Shown here: piece by piece, positions 9,001-17,398 of the stretch | How positions within the stretch are numbered: the first letter of the stretch is position 1 | How the letters are laid out: every line of letters starts with the position of its first letter | Sequence record: DRR723986_1312 | DNA: 51,100 nt | Direction: 5' to 3' (one strand) | The notes under the pieces: model-generated | Database searches by the model: none | Told to the model about the DNA's origin: nothing | What the model saw: the letters and a program-made list of their open reading frames with translations, nothing else | Program-made: the position numbers and the translations under genes

Positions 9001-11173
9001 GAAAAAAGGACTTGAAACCGGTGATTTTGAATTTACTTCCATCATTGGACAGCTGATTATTTATTGGAATTTCTATGGCGGTGAGCCAATCCCGAAGATT
9101 TTGCTGAGAGGAGAATTACTTAGCAAACAAATCACGCCATTGAATCAAATCATGCAGATCAAGCGAATAGATTTGTTCCGCCAATCAGCTTTATGTTTAT
9201 TGGAAGGTGTGAAGGACTTTGAAGTTTTGAGAGGGGAGATTTTTGATGAGCGAAAAATAGACTTCCCTGATATTCCTGCTTTCAGTTTATACTATCATAA
9301 TCTGTATTCCCAGAAGAAGTTTTTGAGTTTGATTTACAATCAAAATGAAACGGCGTGGAAGTTCTGTTCTTTGGAAAAGCAGCACTTGATACCTGTTAAA
9401 GGCTCCATTACGGAGATGCTTTTCTTCTATTACGAAAATCTCTGCATTACCCCGATTTTTCATTCAAGATCTAATGCAGAGCAAAAGGAGCTATTGAAAA
9501 TCTGTAAGAAAAATATCAAGCTGATCGGCGGGTTAGTGAAGCATTCTGAGGTTAATTTTCAGCATCGTCATGAGTTTATGAAGGCGGAGTATGAGGCGCT
9601 GAAAGGTAATTTTGATAATGCTGTTAGATCCTTTACTTATGCGATCCGATATGCCAGAATGCACAAATATGTTCAGGATGAGGCGTTGATGTGGGAGAGA
9701 GCAGGCGTTTATTTTAATGCTCAGCAGCAACCCGAAGCTGCACAATTTTACCTTTCAAATGCCTATAAATCCTACGAGAAGTGGGGTGCCAAGGCCAAAC
9801 TAGTTCAAATGAAAGATATTTATGCTGGATTTATTTCAGCTGAAGAAATAGGAGTAAATGCCAATATTCTCGACCTAGATACTATCCTGAAGACTATAAA
9901 TCTAATCTCAGGAGAGATGAAATTGGAGAACATCCTTACTGGTTTGATGCAACTTGTAAGTGAAAATGCGGGAGCTGATCGGGCTTTCCTGATCACTATC
10001 GAAAAGGATAGTAAATTGATCAAAGCGTCTATTGATAATTCCAGCAATGAGATTCAGGTACTACAGAATATACCTTATGATGAGTTTGATGAGATTAGCC
10101 ACTCGGTAATCAATTATGTACTGAGATCTGGTGAAACTCTAGTGCTGGAAGATGCCACGAAGACTTTGCCATATTCGGATGAAGAATATATCGATTCGAA
10201 CAAGGTGAAATCTATTTTGTGTATACCTCAGAAGCATTCCGGTGTTGGATTCTCATTGCTATACTTGGAGAATAGCTTGCTGTCTGGAGCATTTACTAAG
10301 GAACGGATTGAGATCCTGCAGGTGATGGCTACCCAAACGGCTATTTCCCTACAGAATGCTATGCTTCTGGAGAGCACAAACCAGCTCAATGAACAATTGA
10401 TCCAAGAAGTGGAAGTGAGAAAAGAGGTGGAGGAAAACTTGAGGTTGAACGAGAAGAGGCTAGAAGAGTATAATGCCAATCTGGAATCTAAAGTCAAGGA
10501 AAGAACGTTGGATCTTCAAAACGAAAAGGAAAAATCAGATGAGCTCTTACTGAATATTTTGCCTCTTGATATAGCCAGAGAACTGAAAGAAAATGGATCC
10601 GCGCAGACTAAGAAGTATGCTAGTGTTACCGTGATTTTCACTGATTTTGTTGGTTTTTCTCTCATTGCTGAGCAAATGACGGCGGTTGATTTGGTGGCGG
10701 AGATTGATTATTGTTTCAAAAAGTTTGATAGAATCATCGAAAAACATGGGATAGAAAAAATCAAAACAATTGGAGACTCATACATGGCTGCCGGAGGCAT
10801 TCCAGTTGCTAATACGACTCATCCTTTTGATGTGATTAATGCAGCCATTGAAATTCGGGATTTTGTAGAACAGCATAAGGCTGAGAATATCCGTGAAAAT
10901 AAACCTGTTTTTGAACTTAGAATCGGAATTCATACAGGAAATATTGTGGCTGGAATTGTAGGGCTAAATAAGTTTGCCTACGATATCTGGGGAGATACGG
11001 TAAACCTTGCTTCGCGAATGGAAAGTAGTGGAGAGGCTGGAAAAATAAACGTTTCCGGCGCCACCTATGAGCTCATAAAAGATCATTTTTCTTGTATCCA
11101 TAGAGGTAAAGTACAAGCCAAGAACAAAGGAGAAGTAGATATGTATTTTGTTGAAAGATTGAAGGAGGAGTAG
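6044..11173 (+). CDS. Multidomain signalling protein: degenerate Ser/Thr kinase-like + AAA/STAND-type ATPase + helical repeats + GAF + class III adenylate cyclase
   Basis: APEQTGR and SDIYALG kinase C-lobe motifs; Walker A GNSGVGKS; Walker B FIDDLQW; GAF (LYLEN..GAFT..RIEIL); coiled coil; cyclase motifs FTDFVGFS, KIKTIGDSYM, RIGIHTG and YDIWGDTVNLASRME. Confidence 0.92.
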   Translation: MKWQILFSTNDSDTQNSITSGENAIVTKKISLATLSQIETIKANNEASFSDVSVPGFRTVLQSENTGTDLSLKLKYVKGESLKEYGSKPLSLSDKMKICVAITKKLAEVHRKEYVHLNLNPEHIIIEDETNEVVFISLGLATRIKRKIGIEKRLVFFEADYDFIAPEQTGRISTEIGLYSDIYALGMIFYWFFTKQLPFESKEGASKIHAHIALTPKHPSEIVEIPKVLSELIMKMIEKDVQNRYHSAQGVLYDLEMILYSVQKELDIEGFLLGTQDSSGVLLFTDQLYARDKQLKQLKDAFSSISLNEKKLVYVYGNSGVGKSALVERLYRPVVQSGGFFISGKFDQLRADVPYSAFSQALGKLINQVLLLNEVELDKWKTKLHSLVQPIGRVLFEVIPGLEKLLDNEPEIPVLTGTEAQLRFNYALTKFFQVFAELGKPVFIFIDDLQWSDVSSFDLMKTILVNSELNNILIVGAYRDNEITPGHLFLQFKMELEEQGIQPEEILLENLKEEDIQQLVTNTLGKSERPLDELAFLVFKKSAGNALFANQFLKAIYKNEMLYFDSEEGAWKWKIDKLISYNVEGDIVNLFLETINELPTDTISILKLASCIGNKFFIQDLVRVSEQEAEKVSQDFNLALDLDLVIESLDGSYYFVHDRVQQAIYSLIDENGKKENHLKIGRTLLSKTKESGPKDDVFEIVNQFNFGKELITDPLEIKTLCELNSIAGQRAQNSTAYVLAMQYFENALQLLAPNAWENDREFTYDLYLKSAVAAYQCNNQELFRKYTALLDANAVSVLDKLKLADLKIQNANVENDQKQVIEIGLDILRLVNIDLKRHPSQLNVLFGFIRTNLRLFSYSEEKILKLPQIKDEKLLIAMSIMHHMSLAAYLTEPNLLPLIMFELIRLTLKFGLGSKTPVAFVVFGYINIAFMGNMAKGLRMGQLGNSVFEIIENEDEFVSFKQVYVMFISHWLKHLAESIPELEEALKKGLETGDFEFTSIIGQLIIYWNFYGGEPIPKILLRGELLSKQITPLNQIMQIKRIDLFRQSALCLLEGVKDFEVLRGEIFDERKIDFPDIPAFSLYYHNLYSQKKFLSLIYNQNETAWKFCSLEKQHLIPVKGSITEMLFFYYENLCITPIFHSRSNAEQKELLKICKKNIKLIGGLVKHSEVNFQHRHEFMKAEYEALKGNFDNAVRSFTYAIRYARMHKYVQDEALMWERAGVYFNAQQQPEAAQFYLSNAYKSYEKWGAKAKLVQMKDIYAGFISAEEIGVNANILDLDTILKTINLISGEMKLENILTGLMQLVSENAGADRAFLITIEKDSKLIKASIDNSSNEIQVLQNIPYDEFDEISHSVINYVLRSGETLVLEDATKTLPYSDEEYIDSNKVKSILCIPQKHSGVGFSLLYLENSLLSGAFTKERIEILQVMATQTAISLQNAMLLESTNQLNEQLIQEVEVRKEVEENLRLNEKRLEEYNANLESKVKERTLDLQNEKEKSDELLLNILPLDIARELKENGSAQTKKYASVTVIFTDFVGFSLIAEQMTAVDLVAEIDYCFKKFDRIIEKHGIEKIKTIGDSYMAAGGIPVANTTHPFDVINAAIEIRDFVEQHKAENIRENKPVFELRIGIHTGNIVAGIVGLNKFAYDIWGDTVNLASRMESSGEAGKINVSGATYELIKDHFSCIHRGKVQAKNKGEVDMYFVERLKEE

Positions 11174-11231
11174 CTCCAATTTTTCTAGATTATAACACGT
11201 TTGGTGAATTTTCTACTGCAGATTAGCTTGA

Positions 11232-12761
11232 CTAGTTGCTTTGCCGGTTCTCCAAAATCAAAACGCTTGGAAGTTCATTGATCCCTTGGATTACTAGGTT
11301 GGTGAATTCTATAGTAGTGTGCAGGTATGAACCCAATACGATGTCCTTATCTCCATCTCCGTCGAGATCTCCTACATCCATTGTCATCCATTTTCCCAAG
11401 GCAGCCTCAGGAATGTATTTGGGTTGAAAAATCATGTTTCCTACGTTTTCAAAAAGTAGAAACTGGTACTTGGGATTTTCAAGCTCATCGTAAAAAGCGA
11501 TGGTCGCAAAGTCTAAATCTCCGTCTTTATCAAAGTCCAGAGCCATGGATTTGGCTGCACCATACTGCGGGTAAAACCATGCTTCCTCAAAAATCCCTTT
11601 TCCTTTATTTTCATAAATTCTAAAGCCATGATAAGGTTTGGAGACTGATGAATAGTCCCAATTATCGCCATTGCTAACAAGCAAATCCAGTTCTCCGTCA
11701 CCATTCAGATCATTCAATTCAAAGTAACTGGAACCCATCACCGGTGAGAATCTTAGCAAAATCTGCTCTGCTTCAAACAGACCATTTCCCTGATTGTAAA
11801 AAACTGAGATTCGCTCATTGCCCTGGCAGAAGAGCGCCACGATATCTAGCTTTCCATCGTGATTTAAGTCAACAACTTCTAATTTTCTTGCACCAGCTCC
11901 ACCAAGTTGAATGGGGGCGGAGGTAAGGTTGCCGTCCGGATAGATCGCCAAGTTTCCTCCATGGTGGCCATAGTTACAAAGCAAGAAATCAGCTTTTCCA
12001 TCCTTTTCTAAGTCTTCCCAAATCCCAAAGACAGGTCGGGGAAGCTGACCCAAAACCTGATTCCAACCGTCAGAATTCAAATCCATTTCATAGAGCGCAC
12101 CTTGAGAAAGATCACTTGGAGCTATTGATCCGATGGAAATAAAATTAAAAACATTGGGTTCTTTTCTGATGAAATCTACTGCTGGACTTGCAGTCTGAGG
12201 AAGGGTGTAAAGTTCATCGTTTTGAACTTTCACAAAGAGTTGATTGGTCGTGCCATCTGCGATAAAAAGCTCTGACCTTTCCTCATTAATCGCCACCAGG
12301 CTAGTTTTTGGACTTTGAATCCCCTCTATGAAAAGCTTCTTCGCTGCAAAATTCAGTAAAGGATAGGGGCTTTCTTTTAGGTTTTGCGGAGCTAACTCCT
12401 TCGGTGCTTCTGCTCCATAATACTCCACAATTGCTTTGAAGTCTGCGGTACTGATCATAGCAGTGGTTGGGTAAACTCCTAACTTTTTGCTGATTGTGAT
12501 TTCTTCAGCAGATTTATTCTCATAAACGCCCAAACTTTCCTGAGCAGCTTTGATGCCCATCATGGCTGCCATCTGTGGGAGTACTTTTTGCTTCCAAATA
12601 GCTTTGGGCAAAAGGGAGGGCGAAGGAAAAGCATGACAAGAGCTACAGTATCTTTCAGCTAGCATTTTCCCGTTGAGTATAGCTTCGTCCTGTGCAAAAG
12701 CACTAAAGTAAAGCAGGAAGCCCAGAGAAGCGAGGAAGATTGATTTTCGAATCAGAGACAT
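11232..12761 (-). CDS. Secreted c-type cytochrome (single CxxCH) + FG-GAP/VCBS repeat protein
   Basis: Signal peptide, YCSSCH, and several DxDxDGxxD repeats (DLNHDGKLD, DLNGDGELD, DFDKDGDLD, DLDGDGDKD). Confidence 0.85.
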   Translation of the reverse strand: MSLIRKSIFLASLGFLLYFSAFAQDEAILNGKMLAERYCSSCHAFPSPSLLPKAIWKQKVLPQMAAMMGIKAAQESLGVYENKSAEEITISKKLGVYPTTAMISTADFKAIVEYYGAEAPKELAPQNLKESPYPLLNFAAKKLFIEGIQSPKTSLVAINEERSELFIADGTTNQLFVKVQNDELYTLPQTASPAVDFIRKEPNVFNFISIGSIAPSDLSQGALYEMDLNSDGWNQVLGQLPRPVFGIWEDLEKDGKADFLLCNYGHHGGNLAIYPDGNLTSAPIQLGGAGARKLEVVDLNHDGKLDIVALFCQGNERISVFYNQGNGLFEAEQILLRFSPVMGSSYFELNDLNGDGELDLLVSNGDNWDYSSVSKPYHGFRIYENKGKGIFEEAWFYPQYGAAKSMALDFDKDGDLDFATIAFYDELENPKYQFLLFENVGNMIFQPKYIPEAALGKWMTMDVGDLDGDGDKDIVLGSYLHTTIEFTNLVIQGINELPSVLILENRQSN

Positions 12762-12942
12762 TAATTGCCTGTGTTGAAGTGCGTATGAAAGACAGGATCC
12801 TGCTTTTTAAATAGCCGAATCAGAATACCAAGATAAATTCGATTTTCTGTTTTTTAGTATACTCGAATTGCAATAAAACTAAGTTTGGTTGTTGGGGTGG
12901 TGATGTTTATAAAATCGGGAGCTGTTCTTAAGGCAAAAATGC

Positions 12943-13183
12943 TGGAGATTCATATTCCTAGTATGAACATTTGGGAAAATCGTATGAAGATTCTACCTCA
13001 AAGGCTGAGCGTTCAGTATTGAAGTATGAAAATTCGAGCTAATAGGTTGAAAATTTAGTGTCCGAAGTTCAAGCTTCGAGTTAATAGGTTCAAACTTCAG
13101 TCTTAGAACATTAAAATTTCAGCAATTAGGGTGAATCTTCAGTGTTGAAGAGTGAATCTTCAGGTAAATAGGTTGAAAGCCGC
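12943..13183. repeat. Non-coding 21-bp-period array of the palindromic core TGAAnnTTCA (11 good copies and 1 degenerate)
   Basis: Cores start at 12943, 12964, 12985, 13006, 13027, 13048, 13069, 13090, 13111, 13132, 13153 and 13174, each exactly 21 bp apart. A 42-bp superperiod is visible: aataggtt at 13041, 13083 and 13167, with attagggt at 13125. Confidence 0.8.
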
Positions 13184-13741
13184 TAAGCACCTACTTGGTG
13201 AATTTTTATAAAAGGGTAGAGGTAGTTATAGATTGAGGTAGTCAACGCTTCCTTATACTATTAAAGTCTACCTAAATTCAGGTGGGGGAGAATATTAGTT
13301 CTTTTCTATCGGAGCCAAGTAGCTTTACTTTTTTTATTAGTGTTTCCCATGACTTAATTTCCCCAAATTGGGAACTTAACTGATGAGCTAATAGTAAGGA
13401 TTTTATTAAAAAGAAGAAGTTCCAAGGTTGAAAACCGTTATATATGCTTTGAATGTGAGAATTCGTGGATGGGTAATATCAGTTTTGCATCTGGTATGAT
13501 TAGGCACATTAACTCTCCGTCAGAGAAGCGGACTATCCGCTTTCATTAAGGGATAATCATGATTTTTGGGTGCGATTACATATTCCTACCAGTAGCATCG
13601 TTGTTATTGATTTGGGAAAGAGTGGTAGTTATTTGTTGGTATTACCGAAGTTCATGCTTATCCAACTATTGAAACCCAACCTTTCAATTTATTTCTAGTG
13701 GCATGATTGTGGAACCCGAGGTTCATTAAAACATCATTATT

Positions 13742-13927
13742 ATGAATTTGAAAAGAATTTTCGGAGCCATTCTTACCATATTGGGCATAGTAGGACTTAT
13801 TTATGCCGCTGTCACATTTGCAAATGATTCGGCAAGTACAAAGCAAATGATTGTTTATGGATCATTGGGCCTAGTATTTTTTATAGCTGGCATAGGGTTA
13901 GTCAAAACCACTAAGGATGAAGGCTGA
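13742..13927 (+). CDS. Small two-TM membrane protein (conserved hypothetical)
   Basis: 61 aa with two hydrophobic helices (IFGAILTILGIVGLIYAAV; IVYGSLGLVFFIAGIGLV), an ATG start and an AT-rich leader. Confidence 0.75.
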   Translation: MNLKRIFGAILTILGIVGLIYAAVTFANDSASTKQMIVYGSLGLVFFIAGIGLVKTTKDEG

Positions 13928-13997
13928 TAAGTAGTATTAAGCACCAACCAAAAAAAACAATTATTTCTTTCCAGGTTTGAAGTTCTATTGGGCGATC

Positions 13998-14900
13998 TCA
14001 CCCCCATTTCACATATTTCTGCCAGTTATGCTGCTCTTTGAAACCTAGTACCTCACGGATTTTTAGGTTTGAAAACAGGGCTTCATGCTCTCCCATTTCT
14101 CGGGTAAGAGGTACACCTGGGAAGAAGGTTTCAGCCAGTTCTTTGGTAGGAATAACTGCACCGTTTTCATCGTTTCCAGCATTAAATATCTGAAATCCGA
14201 GGCCGTCCTTTTTCAGACATAAATCCACAATCTGTCCCAAATCACGCGCATCTATATAGCAGAATGCATTCCTACGACGCACTTCTGGGTTTTTGAAATA
14301 ATGAGGGAAAAGCTCAGCATACTCATGGGGTTCGATCACATTTCCAATACGAAGGGCGTAAATATCGATTCCTGATCTTCGTTGGAATGCTCGTGCCGTT
14401 TTTTCATTTACTACTTTTGAAAGTCCGTAGCTATCCATTGGATCCACGTCATAATCTTCTTCCAAAGGCAGAGATTTAGGATCCGTTTCACCATCTGAAA
14501 AACAGATTCCGTAGGTAGTTTCCGAAGAAGCAATGATGACTTTCTTAATCCCAAGTTTAACAGCCGCTTCAATCACATTATAGGTTCCGATGGTATTCAC
14601 CCGAAAAGTTTCATTATCAGGATTGATTAGGATTCGTGGGACGGCCGCAAAGTGTACTACTGCATCAAATTTTGGGACTCCATTACCGGGTTCTAGTTCA
14701 TCCAAGCCAGCATAGGAACTCATGGCATTAAACATCTGTCCGGAATCGGTAATATCGGCAATCAAATTATCTACTGCAGGATGATCCAAAGGCTTCAGGT
14801 CCACATTCATCACTCTATGTCCTTGATCAAGTAGGTAGGGGATCACGTGTTTTCCTGCTTTTCCTGATCCTCCAGTAAATAATATTCTCATTTTAGTCAT
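13998..14900 (-). CDS. NAD-dependent epimerase/dehydratase (extended SDR)
   Basis: TGGSGKAG Rossmann motif, VHFAA, YGLSK (YxxxK). ATG at 14900 (MTKMRILF) preferred over the longer ORF-track start. Confidence 0.9.
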   Translation of the reverse strand: MTKMRILFTGGSGKAGKHVIPYLLDQGHRVMNVDLKPLDHPAVDNLIADITDSGQMFNAMSSYAGLDELEPGNGVPKFDAVVHFAAVPRILINPDNETFRVNTIGTYNVIEAAVKLGIKKVIIASSETTYGICFSDGETDPKSLPLEEDYDVDPMDSYGLSKVVNEKTARAFQRRSGIDIYALRIGNVIEPHEYAELFPHYFKNPEVRRRNAFCYIDARDLGQIVDLCLKKDGLGFQIFNAGNDENGAVIPTKELAETFFPGVPLTREMGEHEALFSNLKIREVLGFKEQHNWQKYVKWG

Positions 14901-15278
14901 GTATTCTCTTGAGTTGATTGATGAATTGAAGTCTTTGGAGATTGAATATCTGATTTCCAAATTATTTAATCAAAGTCTAATTTAAGTAGAATTGAATTGG
15001 TCTGGGAGGATTCATATAAGGGAGACTTGAGATTTGTCTCCATTGGAGCGATAGAGAGGCAAATAAAAAAGTATATATGCTGGTGGTTGGTTTTTTGGTC
15101 TAGATTAATATCAAGCTAGGTTCGGTATAGTGCGGGTGGAGAAATTTGCTAATGAATTACAAAGTTAGTTTAGTGTAAGGTGTATGTATAAACTAGAACT
15201 AGACTTAAATATATATTCTATTCACATAAGGTAGGGCTAATAGAAATATTGATTTAACTAAATTGAAGAAAAAATTTC

Positions 15279-16304
15279 ATGGAAGAAAAAATTGCCAAAG
15301 TCAATCATTATTTGTCCCAATCATATCTTAAGCAATGGGAATCAAGTTTGGGAAAGATTTGGATCTATAGAACTTTGGTTTCTCATGAGAATGTACCATT
15401 ATGGAAAGAGGATTTTATAAAAAGTAATGCTTTTTATACTCATTTATATTCTAGAATGGAAAATGGTAAAATTTCGGATGAAATCGAGCACTGGTTTAAC
15501 ACACAATTTGAAACTCGAGGATTGAAAGTGATTCAGAAGGTGCTAATCAATGATCACCTTAAGCCATTTGAATGGCATATTCTAATTAATTATTTGGCAT
15601 TACATGATCTAAGAACCCCAGCAAGACTTCAGGAATATTTGGAAAGAGCTCAGCATACTACAAAGGAAATTGTTGACGATTTGATTAAAAATCTCCCAAA
15701 AGAACTTCAGAGCTTGAATGAACAAAATTTAGAACTAACACCTGATGAATTTGAAAAACGTAAATTTCCTTTAAAAGTGACACCTATAATTAAGGAAGGG
15801 GAGGATACAGCGACCTTAAAGATTGAAACAGATGTAGGACGTGCGTCATGGTTAGATGTTCTTAAGCATCAATTGGAAAAAACATCAAACATTTTACAAA
15901 AGCATAGGTGGACAATTTTATATCCTTCATATGGGTCCAGTTGGTTTACAACAGATAAACCAGTAATGCGTCTAAATTATGGTAAAGGGAAGTATGATTT
16001 TAATGGTGGATGGAATTCAAAAGGGACAGAAATTTTTTTTCCTCTAAGTCCAGAGCATATTCTTTATACCAAAATTGGCCATAAACCTCCAATTAGAGGA
16101 ACTAGACTGTCTTCCAGTTATACTAAAACTATCAATAAATTGATTGTTGAACATGCATACAGATATGTTTTTCATGAAAAAGAGGTTAAAGAGGTGGAAG
16201 AGTATAAACCCAGAACCGTAGATAATATCTTATTTACCTATGAAAAAGAATTCTGGAGGAATTGGCATTTTGCACAGGCCAACTCTGAAAATTTCTTTTT
16301 TTAG
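15279..16304 (+). CDS. DUF4238 domain-containing protein
   Basis: N-terminal NHYLSQSYLKQW, LRTP, WFTTDKPV and IFFPLSPEH match the DUF4238 pattern. Visibly AT-rich and stand-alone. Confidence 0.8.
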   Translation: MEEKIAKVNHYLSQSYLKQWESSLGKIWIYRTLVSHENVPLWKEDFIKSNAFYTHLYSRMENGKISDEIEHWFNTQFETRGLKVIQKVLINDHLKPFEWHILINYLALHDLRTPARLQEYLERAQHTTKEIVDDLIKNLPKELQSLNEQNLELTPDEFEKRKFPLKVTPIIKEGEDTATLKIETDVGRASWLDVLKHQLEKTSNILQKHRWTILYPSYGSSWFTTDKPVMRLNYGKGKYDFNGGWNSKGTEIFFPLSPEHILYTKIGHKPPIRGTRLSSSYTKTINKLIVEHAYRYVFHEKEVKEVEEYKPRTVDNILFTYEKEFWRNWHFAQANSENFFF

Positions 16305-16456
16305 TTTAATCGATTAATTAAAAGTTCAGTCAACCAAGTATTTGAGATTTCTAAGGCAGCTTGATATATCTGCATTATTTTGGTACTGAATCATTTTTTT
16401 CAAATTTCAGTTATTTGAATCCTTTGCCTTCACGTCCTTGAATTTAAAAATCTTCA

Positions 16457-16488
16457 TTTGTGATTGGCGGCAGGCAAAAGTATCTTTG
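16457..16488 (+). promoter_or_regulatory. Bacteroidota housekeeping promoter (-33 TTTG / -7 TAnnTTTG) for aguBA
   Basis: TTTG at 16457-16460 and TATCTTTG at 16481-16488, 20-nt spacer, 28 nt upstream of the GTG start. Confidence 0.65.
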
Positions 16489-16516
16489 TAACCTTAATCT
16501 TTAAAACCGATCTATA

Positions 16517-17392
16517 GTGGCAAATAAAACTGTAAAAGTGGGCTTGGTCCAGTTGAGCTGTTCTGCTAATGTGGCAGAAAACCTTGAAAAAACCATCGCT
16601 GGTGTGCGTGAGGCTGCGGCCCAAGGCGCTCAAGTTGTGGTCCTTCAGGAGCTGTTCCGTTCCCTTTATTTTTGTGATGTAGAAGACTACGAAAACTTCA
16701 AGTTGGCTGAAGCCATCCCAGGTCCTTCTACGGATACCTTTGGTGACTTGGCAAAAGAACTTGGAGTGGTCATCGTTGCATCTCTTTTTGAGAAAAGAGC
16801 AGAAGGCTTGTACCACAATACCACAGCAGTATTAGATGCGGACGGTTCTTATCTTGGCAAGTACCGGAAAATGCATATTCCTGATGATCCGGGCTATTTT
16901 GAGAAGTTTTACTTCACTCCTGGGGACTTGGGCTACAAAGTTTTCCCAACCAAATTCGGAAATATTGGTGTGTTGATCTGCTGGGATCAGTGGTATCCGG
17001 AAGCAGCAAGAATTACGGCATTGAAAGGTGCGGATTTCTTGGTTTACCCAACTGCAATCGGCTGGCACAAGGATCAGGATGGATTGACAAATGACGAGCA
17101 ATATGGCGCTTGGCAGACGATTCAGCGTTCACATGCGGTAGCCAATGGTATTCCGGTGGTTTCCGTGAACCGTTGTGGTATCGAGGGTGATATGAAATTC
17201 TGGGGAGGTTCCTTTGTTTCCAATCCTTTTGGAAGAGTATTATTTAAAGCTTCCCACGAAGAGGAGCAAATACATGTGGAGGAACTTGACTTTGCTGGGT
17301 CTGATAGATACAGAACGCACTGGCCTTTCTTAAGAGATCGTAGAATTGATTCCTACCAGCCAATTACCAAGCGATACCTGGACGAAGAATAA
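16517..17392 (+). CDS. aguB: N-carbamoylputrescine amidase (carbon-nitrogen hydrolase)
   Basis: Nitrilase triad LQELF / YRKMHIPDDPG / ICWDQWYPE. Directly upstream of agmatine deiminase. GTG start. Confidence 0.88.
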   Translation: MANKTVKVGLVQLSCSANVAENLEKTIAGVREAAAQGAQVVVLQELFRSLYFCDVEDYENFKLAEAIPGPSTDTFGDLAKELGVVIVASLFEKRAEGLYHNTTAVLDADGSYLGKYRKMHIPDDPGYFEKFYFTPGDLGYKVFPTKFGNIGVLICWDQWYPEAARITALKGADFLVYPTAIGWHKDQDGLTNDEQYGAWQTIQRSHAVANGIPVVSVNRCGIEGDMKFWGGSFVSNPFGRVLFKASHEEEQIHVEELDFAGSDRYRTHWPFLRDRRIDSYQPITKRYLDEE

Positions 17393-17398
17393 ATTTCC

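Noticed and set aside
6044-11173. Pycsar/CBASS-type or Avs anti-phage system
   Set aside because: The cyclase has canonical ATP-specifying residues and no adjacent cyclic-nucleotide-binding effector; the architecture fits signal transduction better. Not strictly excluded.
12943-13183. CRISPR array
   Set aside because: The conserved core is only 10 bp and degenerate, the spacers are 11 bp and partly repeat each other, and there are no cas genes in the window.
13526-13542. Small hairpin aagcgga-cta-tccgctt (and ggagac...gtctcc at 15021-15041) as ncRNA or REP elements
   Set aside because: The stems are short, I found only one copy of each in the window, and I recognised no riboswitch or sRNA motif.
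16454-16816. 120-aa minus-strand ORF
   Set aside because: Antisense to aguB and its promoter; no recognisable motifs.
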